A stretch of DNA of 64,000 bases from Nitrospirota bacterium (GTDB lineage Bacteria; Nitrospirota; UBA9217): assembly GCA_963840455.1 (NCBI GenBank), contig CAWIYV010000013.1, positions 32,001 through 96,000 of the forward strand, read 5' to 3'. The position numbers were made by a program, and so were the translations under genes. Below, one piece after another: positions 9,465-19,327 of the stretch. Numbering within the stretch: position 1 is the first letter of the stretch; each line of letters starts with the position of its first letter. Below the pieces are notes generated by a model that worked only from the letters and a program-made list of their open reading frames with translations, did no database searches and was not told the DNA's origin.

Positions 9465-10463
9465 ATGGACCGGCGTGAGTTCCTGATCGCCGCGGGAGCG
9501 GGCCTGGCCCTGGCGGCAACAGACATACGGGGAGGGACAGAGGTGGCGCCGCAGAAACATCGCGAAACAAAGCAAGGGAAGACGAAGGTCTCGCTCATCA
9601 GGACCGCAGACCGCGCTAGCGGCATCCAGCGGGCCGTCGACCTGCTCGGTATCAATCCCGCCAAGGGAAAGGACGTGCTGCTCAAGCCGAACTTCAATAC
9701 GGCGGACCCCTTCCCCGGCTCAACGCACAACGACACGCTCACCCACCTAATCCTTCAGCTGAAGACCATGGGCGCAAAAAGCATTACCATCGGAGAGCGC
9801 AGCGGCCCGCCGGACACGGCCGACGTCCTGCAGGACAAGGGGATTTACGGCCTTAGCGAGAAGCTCGGTGTCGAGCTCATCGATTTCGAAAAGCTCCCCG
9901 CCAGCGACTGGGTGCGGATCACGCCCGAGAAGAGCAGCTGGAGGAACGGCTTCGAGGTTGCCCGGCCCGTAGTGGAGTCTCCCTGCGTGGTCACGACGTG
10001 CTGCCTCAAGACCCACGGTTTCGGCGGCGTCTTTACCATGTCCCTGAAGCTCTCGGTAGGCGTCACGCGCAAGCGGAACATGACCGAGCTTCATACCTCC
10101 TTCCTGAGCATGCGGCAGATGATCGCCGAGATCAACCAGGCCTACGCGCCGAAGCTCATCCTGCTGGACGGTATCGAAGCCTTCGTGGACGGCGGGCCAG
10201 GAAAGGGGACGAGAAGGAAAGCCGATGTCATCCTGGCCGGGACCGACCGTATCGCCATCGACGCCGTCGGCATTGCCATCCTCAAGGAACTGGGCAGCAA
10301 CAGCGCCATCATGGGGAAAAAGATCTTCGAGCAGGAGCAGATCAGCCGGGCCGTGGAGGTGGGGCTGGGCGTGTCGCGGCCCCGGGACATCGCGATCGTG
10401 ACGGATGACGCAGGGGGAAAACATTATGCTGAGCGACTGCGGGCCATTCTCGATGAGGGCTGA
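9465..10463 (+). CDS. DUF362 domain protein with Tat-like leader
   Basis: MDRREFL twin-arginine leader, VLLKPN, LKTH, TMSLK, GGP. Confidence 0.8.
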   Translation: MDRREFLIAAGAGLALAATDIRGGTEVAPQKHRETKQGKTKVSLIRTADRASGIQRAVDLLGINPAKGKDVLLKPNFNTADPFPGSTHNDTLTHLILQLKTMGAKSITIGERSGPPDTADVLQDKGIYGLSEKLGVELIDFEKLPASDWVRITPEKSSWRNGFEVARPVVESPCVVTTCCLKTHGFGGVFTMSLKLSVGVTRKRNMTELHTSFLSMRQMIAEINQAYAPKLILLDGIEAFVDGGPGKGTRRKADVILAGTDRIAIDAVGIAILKELGSNSAIMGKKIFEQEQISRAVEVGLGVSRPRDIAIVTDDAGGKHYAERLRAILDEG

Positions 10464-10511
10464 CCTGCGCGACCAGCGGCTATAATGCAACGTGCGGAAT
10501 AAGGAGGGAAC

Positions 10512-10898
10512 ATGAACTATCTGGTATTGCTGGGGAGGATATTGTATGCGTTGATCTTCGTGATGGCAGGGCCGGGGCATTTCACGGCGAACACCATCGC
10601 ATTTGCGGCGAGCAAGGGTGTGCCGCTGGCATCCATTGCCGTGCCGCTGTCGGGCATCATCGCCACGGCGGGAGGGTTGAGCATCGCTGCAGGATACAAT
10701 GCAAAATGGGGCGGCTGGCTGATCGTACTCTTTCTCGTCCCGGTCACGGTCATGATCCACAACTTCTGGGCAATGACCGACCCCAACATGTCGCAAGTGA
10801 ACCAGATCATGTTCATGAAGAACCTCTCGATGCTGGGTGCGGCGCTCCTCATCACGTACTTCGGGTCCGGGCCGCTGAGCGTAGACAACAGGAAATAG
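10512..10898 (+). CDS. DoxX family membrane protein
   Basis: LLGR, HNFW, FMKNLSMLG, GSGPLSVD. Confidence 0.88.
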   Translation: MNYLVLLGRILYALIFVMAGPGHFTANTIAFAASKGVPLASIAVPLSGIIATAGGLSIAAGYNAKWGGWLIVLFLVPVTVMIHNFWAMTDPNMSQVNQIMFMKNLSMLGAALLITYFGSGPLSVDNRK

Positions 10899-10914
10899 GT
10901 TGCGGGAGGTCCTT

Positions 10915-11490
10915 ATGCAGACGACCCTGATCGCCATTGTGGCCTTGTCCGTGCTCTTTCAGTTTGTCGCGGCCCTCTTTGCCTTGCGGTTGATCCCGAT
11001 CACCGGAAAGAAAACTGCATGGCTGCTGGTCGCGGTCGCGATCTCGCTGATGACGGTGAGGCGGTTCCAGTCCCTGGTCCTCCTGGTCTCGGGGCAGTCG
11101 TCCGCAGCTCCCGACGCGTTCTTCGAGGCGGTCGGCCTGGTCATCTCTTGCTGCATGATGGCCGGGATCTACCTCATCCAGCCGCTGTTCAGAGCGGTGG
11201 CCTCTTCCCGGGACGAGCTTCGGGGCATGAACGAGAAGCTGTCGTCCCTGTCCGCAGAGCAGACAACGCTCATTGTCAAACTGCAGGATGCCCTTGCCAA
11301 GATCAAGACCTTGCGGGGGATGCTGCCGATCTGCGCGTCCTGCAAGAAGGTCCGCGATGACAAGGGCTACTGGAGCCAGATCGAGGTCTATGTCCGCGAC
11401 CACACCGATGCCGAGTTCACCCATGGCCTGTGCCCGGACTGCGCGAAGAAATATTTTGATGAGATTTCATTATTGAAACCGAAGACGTAA
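10915..11490 (+). CDS. membrane sensor-like protein with coiled coil and C-terminal Cys/His metal-binding tail
   Basis: 3 TM helices, then LRGMLPICASCKKVRD...FTHGLCPDC. Confidence 0.8.
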   Translation: MQTTLIAIVALSVLFQFVAALFALRLIPITGKKTAWLLVAVAISLMTVRRFQSLVLLVSGQSSAAPDAFFEAVGLVISCCMMAGIYLIQPLFRAVASSRDELRGMNEKLSSLSAEQTTLIVKLQDALAKIKTLRGMLPICASCKKVRDDKGYWSQIEVYVRDHTDAEFTHGLCPDCAKKYFDEISLLKPKT

Positions 11491-11704
11491 ATGGCAGGGA
11501 CCGCAGCCCGGTAAGGGTGTTGATCCGGACGGGGCTGGGCGGGACGATGGAAAAGACGAATGGGACGGCAGGGGCGGGAACAGGCCTTTGCCGTTTTTTA
11601 TTATTCTGCAGACCTAGCGCACAGCAATACATTATTATGAGGAAATTGGTTTTGTTCAGAGCAGCACGTGTCTAGCTATTGCGCCTGGTTGTTTGTGGAT
11701 GTTG

Positions 11705-12163
11705 TTGCACATCTCTTTCGCGTCCTGAATGCGTTTCTTGACCCATCTAAGGCCACGTCCGCTCGATCGCGCAAACTCGGCCTTCGGCCTCGAACATGCG
11801 CATCGCCCTGCGGGACGCGGCCTTAGGCCAAGATGGGTGCCCAAGAAACGCATAGGTCCGCTCCAGAGACGTGCGGAGTTTGGGTAAAAGCCTCAAGCTT
11901 CTGCCTTTCCTAAGGCCTCTGCATCCCGTGAGCAGGTACGCGCACACGCATGCGGAAGCAACAACAGCCAGTGCCACCACGAAGACAGGCAGACACGGCC
12001 GAGCACTGATCCTCAGTGCGAGGGGAAGTGCTGCGATGTCTGAAAAAGCCCGTTATCAGAACCGGCAGTGCATGCCTGCGCGGACCTGTGAGCCGGGGTG
12101 CAGAAAAAAAATCATCGCCGTGTATACTCGACCCACTTGCGAAGGAGAAGACCCGAAAAAAAT
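11705..12163 (+). repeat. long modular palindromic repeat (beta+gamma), empty copy
   Basis: Colinear with 14214-14888 except for two insertions in that copy. Confidence 0.9.
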
Positions 12164-12180
12164 ATGAATGAGGTGCTCTC

Positions 12181-14115
12181 TTATTCACGGTTTCCCAATC
12201 CTTCAAAGAACCTCCTGAACTCCTCCCGGTCGTCGGTGATGCGGCATTTGGGGATCGATCGTAAGAAGGACCTGCCGTAGTTCTTCGTCATGATGCGCGA
12301 GTCCAGCACGGCGACCGCCCCTTTGTCCGTCTTCGTCCTGATGAGCCTGCCGAACCCCTGCCGGAACAACAGCGTCGCCTGCGGCACCTGATACTCATAG
12401 AACGGGTTCTTCAGCCGCTCCATGCGCGCCTCGATGAGCGGCTCGTCGGGCACGGCAAAGGGGAGCTTGGCGATCACGACGCACTGGAGTGCCTCGCCCG
12501 GGATATCGATGCCCTGCCAGAACGAGGCGGTGCCGAGCAGCACGGCGTTCGGGACCTCCTTGAACTGCTCTACCAGGCGGTAGGCCGGCATCTCGCCCTG
12601 GCACAGGATGCCGAGCTGCGGCAAGGCGCCTCGCAGCGTTCCCTTTGTCTTCCTGAGCTGGCTGTAGCTCGTGAACAGCACGAGCGTCCGGCCGCCGGTG
12701 ACGCCGAGTATCGTGAGGAGCTCCTTCTCGAACCGCTCCTGATATCCTGCAGCCTGCTGGTCGTCAAGGCCCGGCGAGATGTAGAGCAGGGCCTGGTTCT
12801 CGAAGTCGAAGGGCGAATCGAGCAGCAGCTCCGCGGGCGCGTCCAGGCCGACCCTTCCTTTTATATACTCGAAGGACCCAGCTGCCGAGAGCGTGGCCGA
12901 GGTCAGCACCGCGGTGTCGAGCCTGCCGAAGAGATGCTCCCGCAGGGTCTCGGCGATGTCGATGGGCGAGGCCACAAGGCGGTACTTCTTGTTCTCGCGC
13001 TCGGCCCAGTAGACAAAGCCCTCCTGCCCCTGGTCAAGATTGTGACGGATGGCGGACGCGAGACCGCCTGCCCTGCCCGCGAAGGCCCGCACCTCCTGCT
13101 CTTCCTCGTGCGTGTTCGCCTTGAGCGACAGGAGTGTGTCCTTCAGCTGGCTGAGGGGACCGGAAAGGATGTCGGGGACGATGTTCGGCCGGCGCACCCG
13201 GAGGACCGGCTCCTGCTTCAGCGCGTCGTGGAGGTTCAGGAAGAAGTTCTCGGCGGTGAGCCGGAGATCGTCCACGAGGTCGCGCGCGGTCCGGGCCGTG
13301 TGGTCCTGGATGGCGAGCCGGGTGAGCATCCCTTTGCGAGTCCGCTGGCTCAGGAGATTGTCCAGGAGGTAGCGGACCGAGTAGTTGGACACCTCGACGC
13401 CCAGGTAGTCCGTGGCCACGTCCTCGATCTGATGCGCTTCGTCGAACACGACGGCCTGGTGCTGGGGCAGGACGTTCCCGCCCGTGGCCATGTCGGCAAA
13501 GAAGAGGTGGTGGTTCGCCACGAGCACCTGGGCCTGCTGCTCCAGGAGCTTCCCCTTCTGGTAGAAACAGTCCTTGTAGCTGTGGCACTCCCTGCCGAAG
13601 CAGAGGTCCGCCTCGCGGTTCGCCTTTGCCCAGAGCGCCCCGGTGGGTTCGAAGGACAGCTCGCTCCGGAGGCCGGTGCGGGTATGCGTGGACCATTCGA
13701 AGAGCCGGTTCAGCGGTTCCACCTCGTTCTGCTCATAGAGGTCGCCCATGCGCAGCTGGTCGAAGCGCCGGAGGCAGAGGTAGTTCTCGCCGCCTACGCA
13801 GAGCGCCACACGGAAGTCGCCGATCACGGTCTTGAGGAAGGGGATGTCCTTTTTCACGATCTGCTGCTGGAGGGCCTTGGTGTAGGTGGCAACGACGACG
13901 CGGCAGTTCTCCTCGCGCGCCCAGAGTACGAGAGGCACAAGGTAGGCAAGGCTCTTGCCCACGCCGGTGCCCGCCTCGACGACGAGGTGGGTCTTGCTGC
14001 GGAGCGCCTTCTGGACGGCCTCGGCCATTTCCAGCTGCTGGGGCCGAAACTCGTAGTCATCGCCCATGGCGGCGGCGACGAGCCCGGCCTCTCCGAGGAT
14101 GTCGGTTATCTTCAT
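12181..14115 (-). CDS. dinG: DinG/YoaA family ATP-dependent helicase (Fe-S)
   Basis: EAGTGVGKS, NYLC, C-x4-C-x5-C, VANH, DEAH, FWQGIDIPG, KLPF, QGFGRLIR. Confidence 0.88.
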   Translation of the reverse strand: MKITDILGEAGLVAAAMGDDYEFRPQQLEMAEAVQKALRSKTHLVVEAGTGVGKSLAYLVPLVLWAREENCRVVVATYTKALQQQIVKKDIPFLKTVIGDFRVALCVGGENYLCLRRFDQLRMGDLYEQNEVEPLNRLFEWSTHTRTGLRSELSFEPTGALWAKANREADLCFGRECHSYKDCFYQKGKLLEQQAQVLVANHHLFFADMATGGNVLPQHQAVVFDEAHQIEDVATDYLGVEVSNYSVRYLLDNLLSQRTRKGMLTRLAIQDHTARTARDLVDDLRLTAENFFLNLHDALKQEPVLRVRRPNIVPDILSGPLSQLKDTLLSLKANTHEEEQEVRAFAGRAGGLASAIRHNLDQGQEGFVYWAERENKKYRLVASPIDIAETLREHLFGRLDTAVLTSATLSAAGSFEYIKGRVGLDAPAELLLDSPFDFENQALLYISPGLDDQQAAGYQERFEKELLTILGVTGGRTLVLFTSYSQLRKTKGTLRGALPQLGILCQGEMPAYRLVEQFKEVPNAVLLGTASFWQGIDIPGEALQCVVIAKLPFAVPDEPLIEARMERLKNPFYEYQVPQATLLFRQGFGRLIRTKTDKGAVAVLDSRIMTKNYGRSFLRSIPKCRITDDREEFRRFFEGLGNRE

Positions 14116-14443
14116 GGGCAGGTACAGTACCACGGGGAAGGGGAGAAGGCAAACGGTTTCCTGAAAGACCCTTTGAAAGAAGGGAAGGGAAGGACACAAT
14201 CTGTTTGTTTATTTTGCACATCCCTTTCACGTCCTTAACGAAATTTCTGACCCGTCTAAGGTCACGTCCGCTCGCCCGCACAAACTCGGCCTGAGGCCTC
14301 AGACATGCGCGTTCGCCCTGACGGGACGCTACCTTTGGCCATGACAGGTGCCCCAGAAATTTCGTAGGTCCGCTCCAGGGACGTACGGAGTTTGGGTAAA
14401 GCCTTAAGCTTCTGTCTTTCCCAAGGCCCCTGCATCCCGTGAA

Positions 14444-14546
14444 TCCAGGAGCGAGCTCAGCCCCGCAGTTTGGGCTCAGCGAGCGACTAGAATAAAGACT
14501 ACCCTGAGGATCGAAGCTCCATGCAGTTTGCTTTTGGGAGCTTCAA
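14444..14546 (+). mobile_element. non-autonomous IS200/IS605-type miniature element, copy 1
   Basis: TGAA|TCCAGGAGCGAG...GGAGCTTCAA; absent from homologous site at 11929-11932. Confidence 0.8.
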
Positions 14547-14706
14547 CAGGTGCGCGCACAAGCATGCGAAAGCAAAAAAAGCCAGTGCCACCACGAAGGC
14601 AGGCAGACACGGCCGAGCCCGGCTGTGCCGGGCGAGGGGAAGTGCTGCGATGTCTGAAAAAGCTCAGTATCAGAACCAGCAGTGCATGCCTGCGCGAACC
14701 TGTGAA

Positions 14707-14812
14707 TCCAGGAGCGAGCGCATCCCGCGTGTTTTCGCGGGATTAGCGAACGATTAGGATAAACTTACCTTGAGGATCGTATCTCCATGCCTCTTGCTGC
14801 TGGGAGATACAA
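14707..14812 (+). mobile_element. non-autonomous IS200/IS605-type miniature element, copy 2
   Basis: TGAA|TCCAGGAGCGAG...GGAGATACAA; absent from homologous site at 12089-12092. Confidence 0.8.
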
Positions 14813-14969
14813 CCGGGGTGCAGAAAAAAGAAGAGCAGCGCGGTGCATACTCGACTCACTTTCGATGGAAAAGACCCGAAAGAAAATAGTGCCTTTTTTA
14901 CGGCCGTACGTTTCCGCCTCGTAATGCAATGCCTTTTCAACTGACGGCAAGTGTTGTATCATACCTCCC

Positions 14970-15416
14970 ATGATCGCCGTGCTGCAACGGGTCTCCCAGG
15001 CCAAGGTCCTGATCAGGGGCGCCGGATCCTCCGCCATCGGCAAGGGTCTGCTGGTCCTGCTCTGCGCTGTGAAGGGCGACGGTGATGCGGACGTAGACTA
15101 CATGGTGAAAAAGACCTCCCAGCTCAGGGTCTTTGAGGACGAGGGCGGTAAAATGAACCGCTCCGTGGCGGACATCGGCGGCGAGGTGCTCATGGTATCG
15201 CAGTTCACGCTCGCCGGTGATACGAGGAAGGGGAACCGTCCGTCCTTTGGTGCGGCGGAAGTCCCTGAGCGGGCGAAAGAGCTTTATGAGGAGGTCGTGC
15301 GGAGGCTCGGGGAGGCCGGGTTGACCGTTCGAACCGGCGTCTTCGGCGAGATGATGGAGGTCTCGCTCGTCAACGACGGGCCGGTCACGGTGCTGCTCGA
15401 TTCGCGGGACCGGTAA
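14970..15416 (+). CDS. dtd: D-aminoacyl-tRNA deacylase
   Basis: MIAVLQRV, SQFTL, KGNRPSF, NDGPVT. Confidence 0.95.
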   Translation: MIAVLQRVSQAKVLIRGAGSSAIGKGLLVLLCAVKGDGDADVDYMVKKTSQLRVFEDEGGKMNRSVADIGGEVLMVSQFTLAGDTRKGNRPSFGAAEVPERAKELYEEVVRRLGEAGLTVRTGVFGEMMEVSLVNDGPVTVLLDSRDR

Positions 15417-15581
15417 GGCCCGACAACTCTTTCTTGGTGTTCCCTTTTTGGGGTTGACAGTACCGATGTCTTACGGTACGATTGCAGCTACGATTCTGTC
15501 AACCAAAGGGACACGCTCCGGACAACCGGCGCATGCCCTTCGCATGAAAGACCTTTCCATCGTTGCTTCCAGGAGGCATAC

Positions 15582-16973
15582 ATGGGCATACGATTCTGCC
15601 GTATCATTCTACTCGTAGCGGCGACCTCGGTGATCGGAGGCTGTGCGATACCGCACATGCCGTTCCCGACGGACCCGAGCAATCCGCTCAAAAGGGTCGC
15701 GGTCCTTCCTATGCGGAACGACACGGACGACGTGGACGGCCCGAACGTGGTGCGGGAGAAGATGGCCGAGGCCCTGAGGAACCGGTCCTATGTTGTCATG
15801 GACGTCAAGGAATCGGACCAGATCCTCCGCGACCGGATGGGCATCAACCTGGGCGGGCAGCTCGAGATGACGACGCCGCAGAAGCTGGGCGAGACGCTGG
15901 GCGTCGAGGGCGTGCTGTACGGGACGCTGATGGACTTTGATGAGACGACCACGGGTGTATACAACGCGAGGAAGGTGCGCGGCATGTTCATGCTCGTGAA
16001 CACGGCGACGGGCCAGCCCATATGGTCGAGGGGCCTCGGCGTCAAGACCGAGCAGGGGACGTCGAGCATGGGGAGCGGCCTCGTGAAGCTCGGCGCGAGA
16101 GCGGCCGATGCACGAGAGAAAGATGCGCCGTGGGTCCTCCTCCAGAACACGACCACGAACCAGAGCACGAAGGATTCGTTCATCATGGGCCTGGGGGCCA
16201 AACTGCTTACCAAGGCCGTCGGCATCCACCTCGACTATGAGTCCAAGGAGCTTGCCCGCAGGGTGACGGACAACCTGCCGTGGGGCCCGGGCACAGGAGC
16301 CGGTCCTGGTGCGCCGGCCATCAAGATAGCCCTGCCGGAGATCAAGATGCCCGAGCCGCCCTCCTTCGGCTATATGGACTGGGAAGGGAAGAAGGACTTC
16401 TACGCGGTCGTGCATTCCGTAAGCCTCAACAAGAGCGACAATAAGAGCTGGGTCTTCGATGCGCCCCTCTGGATCACCGGCCCCAAGATGAAGATGGAAA
16501 TGGACATGACCAAGATGATGGAAGCGTCCGGCGGGAAGGATGCATCGCAGTCGCCCATGAGCAGGATGACCATGCTGAACCGCGGCGATAAGAAGACGAG
16601 CTACACGCTCTACCCGAACACCCGGAAGTACATCGTCCATACCGAGGCGGAGACGCATGATGAGAAGCCGAAGGTGGAGAAGGTCAAGGTCGGCAGCGAG
16701 ACCATCGACGGCCATCCCTGCGACAAGTACAAGGTAACGGTCACCTACAAGAGCGAGAAGCCGCAGGAAGGGTTCATCTGGAACGCCAGGGACCTGGGCG
16801 GCATGACGATCAGGAGCGAAGTGGAGAACAAGGACTTCAAGATCACGACGGACCTCAAGAACATCGTGCTCAAGTCGTCTCCCGCGGCGGTCTTCGAGAT
16901 CCCGCAGGGGTATACCGAGGCAAAGGATTTCATGGAGCTTATGATGTCCTCGGGGCAGCAGAAGCAGAAATAA
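15582..16973 (+). CDS. lipoprotein, DUF799/GNA1162-like N-domain fused to DUF4412-like C-domain
   Basis: Lipobox IGGC; VAVLPMRN...LGVEGVLYG; C-terminal GSETIDGHPCDKY and FEIPQGY. Confidence 0.7.
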   Translation: MGIRFCRIILLVAATSVIGGCAIPHMPFPTDPSNPLKRVAVLPMRNDTDDVDGPNVVREKMAEALRNRSYVVMDVKESDQILRDRMGINLGGQLEMTTPQKLGETLGVEGVLYGTLMDFDETTTGVYNARKVRGMFMLVNTATGQPIWSRGLGVKTEQGTSSMGSGLVKLGARAADAREKDAPWVLLQNTTTNQSTKDSFIMGLGAKLLTKAVGIHLDYESKELARRVTDNLPWGPGTGAGPGAPAIKIALPEIKMPEPPSFGYMDWEGKKDFYAVVHSVSLNKSDNKSWVFDAPLWITGPKMKMEMDMTKMMEASGGKDASQSPMSRMTMLNRGDKKTSYTLYPNTRKYIVHTEAETHDEKPKVEKVKVGSETIDGHPCDKYKVTVTYKSEKPQEGFIWNARDLGGMTIRSEVENKDFKITTDLKNIVLKSSPAAVFEIPQGYTEAKDFMELMMSSGQQKQK

Positions 16974-17005
16974 CGGACGATCACAATCACGCAAGGAGGA
17001 TCCCT

Positions 17006-17977
17006 ATGAAAGCGTTGCTACGGGTAATGGTAGTGCTGATGGTCGCAGCGGCTATGGTCTCGATGGCCGGCTGCGCGCCGAAGATCTCGGGTGCAGTGAA
17101 GGACGATACAACGGTCACCGGAACATCGAAGGAACTTGCCAAGACGACGTCAGACGTCGAAGAATACCAGGGGCCGAAGCTCAGGGTCGGCGTCGTGAAC
17201 TTCCAGAACAAGACCCCTTCCAAGGTCCTGGGCATCGGTGAGGCGGCGGCGGACATCCTGGGCACGATCCTGCAGAAGACGGGCCGGTTCATCGTGATCC
17301 CGCAGCAGGACATCGAGTCCATCATGCAACAGCAGCATATGGGCGCCACCGGCGCTGTGAACCCCGATACGGCGGCGAAGATGGGCGAGATCCTCGGCCT
17401 GAACGCCATCGTGACCGGCGCGGTGACGGCTTACTCCGAAGCGGAGGAGGGGTCGGACTACCTGGTCGTGAAGAGCAAGAAGCAGATTGCCAGGGTCACC
17501 GTTGACTACCGCATCGTGGATACGACGACAGGCGTGCAGCTCATGGCCGACTCCGGCGCCGGCATCTACGAGAAGTCGCAGACGAAGGCGCTGGGCATGG
17601 GCGGCAAGGCGGGCTACGATCCGGACCTGCGCGACGGCGCGCTCCGCGATGCGCTCACCAAGGCCATGGTCAACATGCAGAAGCAGCTCGGTAAGCGGAA
17701 GTGGCAGGGCCGGATCGCCCAAGTGGAAGGCCGCGACCTCTACATCAACGCAGGCGAGAAGTCGGGGCTCCAGGTCGGGACCAAGCTCGATGTGTTCCGG
17801 GCGGGCAAGGCCATCATCGACCCGGTGACCAAGGTGAAGAAGGGCACGACGGAGACCAAGATCGGCCAGGCCCTCGTCACCAGGAATGACCTTGGCGATG
17901 ATGCTGACCTGTCCATCGCGACGCCTTCTTCCGGCACCGGATTCTCGGCCGGCGACATCGTGAAGATTGTGAAATAG
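17006..17977 (+). CDS. CsgG/HfaB family lipoprotein with FlgT-like C-terminal domain
   Basis: Lipobox MAGC; VGVVNFQNK, TGRF, AAKMGEILG, YRIVDTTTG; YINAG...GLQVG, IIDPVT. Confidence 0.8.
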   Translation: MKALLRVMVVLMVAAAMVSMAGCAPKISGAVKDDTTVTGTSKELAKTTSDVEEYQGPKLRVGVVNFQNKTPSKVLGIGEAAADILGTILQKTGRFIVIPQQDIESIMQQQHMGATGAVNPDTAAKMGEILGLNAIVTGAVTAYSEAEEGSDYLVVKSKKQIARVTVDYRIVDTTTGVQLMADSGAGIYEKSQTKALGMGGKAGYDPDLRDGALRDALTKAMVNMQKQLGKRKWQGRIAQVEGRDLYINAGEKSGLQVGTKLDVFRAGKAIIDPVTKVKKGTTETKIGQALVTRNDLGDDADLSIATPSSGTGFSAGDIVKIVK

Positions 17978-17998
17978 TACAAGCAGCGAGGGTTCTCT

Positions 17999-18033
17999 AA
18001 GCCCCTTTGGGTCTCGCCCAAAGGGGCTTTTTT
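17999..18033 (+). terminator. intrinsic terminator
   Basis: AAGCCCCTTTGGG-TCTCG-CCCAAAGGGGCTT followed by T run. Confidence 0.8.
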
Positions 18034-18079
18034 ATCGAGCGGGACGGCAGAGACGATTGGACGATGATCTCCGATTGAA

Positions 18080-18189
18080 TCCAGGAGCGAGCGCATTCCC
18101 CGTAGCTTGCTGCGGGGTTAGCAAGCGATTAGAATAACGTTGTTCCCTGAGGATCGAAGCTCCATGCCTCTCGCAGTAGGGAGCTTCAA
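18080..18189 (+). mobile_element. non-autonomous IS200/IS605-type miniature element, copy 3
   Basis: TTGAA|TCCAGG...CATT-hairpin...GGAGCTTCAA. Confidence 0.8.
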
Positions 18190-18300
18190 TCCAGGAGCGA
18201 GCGCATTCCCCGTAGCCTGCTGCGGGGTTAGCAATCGATTAGAATAAATAGTTCTACCTTGAGGATCGAAGATTCCGTGCAGCTTGCTGCAGGGAGCTTA
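18190..18300 (+). mobile_element. non-autonomous IS200/IS605-type miniature element, copy 4 (tandem, right end degenerate)
   Basis: Starts immediately after TCAA of copy 3. Confidence 0.75.
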
Positions 18301-18402
18301 TTCGCGGACAAGTTTTCGCGGATGAACGCCCCCGACCGAGACGTTCGGGGACAGGCTGACCTGATAATCAAGGCACAGGAACTGCTCCTGCCACAGAAAC
18401 CA

Positions 18403-19260
18403 ATGATGAAACCCTTCTGTCGCATCATACTCATTCTCTTCCTCTTTGCCCTGACGGGCTGCACCTCGCTCTTCTTCCATCCGTCGAGGGACATGCAGGA
18501 GGGGCCTGCGGTGAAGCTGTTTGCGCACCATGATGTTGTGTTTCCGTCATCCGACGGCGTTCCTATCCACGGATGGTACTTCCCGGCGGAGAACGCACGC
18601 TGCAGCATCCTGGTCCTGCACGGCAACGCACAGAACCTGAGCACCCACGTGAACAGCGTGCTGTGGCTGGTGAAGGAAGGCTTTAACATCTTCATCATCG
18701 ATTACCGCGGGTACGGCTGGTCCGGCGGGGAACCGTCCCTTGAAGGCGTGCACCGCGACGCCGAGGCAGCTCTCGAGAAGCTGTTCAGCATGCCGGAAAC
18801 GGACCCGGACCGCGTCGTGGTCCTGGGCCAGAGCCTCGGCGGCTCAGTAGCCGTTTACACGGTCGCCCGATCGCCGCGCAAGGACCGCATCCGCGCCCTG
18901 GTCATTGACAGCGCATTCTCAAGCTACCGCCGCATCGCCCGGGAAAAGCTCGGCGATTTCTGGCTCACCTGGCCGCTCCAGGTCCCGCTGTCCTGGACCG
19001 TTAACGACTCCTACAGCGCCGAGAAGTGGATCGGGCAGGTCTCACCCGTGCCGGTTCTCGTCCTTCACGGCCTCGACGATCCGGTGGTGCCAACGCACCA
19101 CGGCAGGATGCTTCTCGAGGCCGCCCGGGAGCCGAAAGGGCTTTGGCTCACGGCCCGTCCCGGGCACGTCCAGTCCTTCGGCGACGATGCGGTGCGGCCG
19201 CAGCTGGTCCGATTCCTGGGGGAGGTCCTCGGGCAGGAGGCTGGAACGAAAAAATTGTGA
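18403..19260 (+). CDS. alpha/beta hydrolase lipoprotein
   Basis: Lipobox LTGC; HGNA, DYRGYG, GQSLGG, HGLDD, GH. Confidence 0.9.
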   Translation: MMKPFCRIILILFLFALTGCTSLFFHPSRDMQEGPAVKLFAHHDVVFPSSDGVPIHGWYFPAENARCSILVLHGNAQNLSTHVNSVLWLVKEGFNIFIIDYRGYGWSGGEPSLEGVHRDAEAALEKLFSMPETDPDRVVVLGQSLGGSVAVYTVARSPRKDRIRALVIDSAFSSYRRIAREKLGDFWLTWPLQVPLSWTVNDSYSAEKWIGQVSPVPVLVLHGLDDPVVPTHHGRMLLEAAREPKGLWLTARPGHVQSFGDDAVRPQLVRFLGEVLGQEAGTKKL

Positions 19261-19327
19261 CTTGACAAGACCCGCAAGTATTGGTTTAATAGCACTACAG
19301 AACTTCATTTCTTTCAAGGAGGAGCAT

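Larger units (their letters stand above)
14214..14888 (+). repeat. long modular palindromic repeat (beta+gamma) carrying two nested insertions
   Basis: Aligns to 11705-12163 with inserts at 14444-14546 and 14707-14812. Confidence 0.9.

Noticed and set aside
12181-14115. DinG as a type IV CRISPR (CasDinG) component
   Set aside because: No cas genes or repeat-spacer array nearby; sequence looks like housekeeping YoaA/DinG
11747-14940. Short similar ORFs inside the repeats (11871-12167, 14521-14757 and others)
   Set aside because: Frames are not preserved between copies and are interrupted by insertions; similarity is at DNA level
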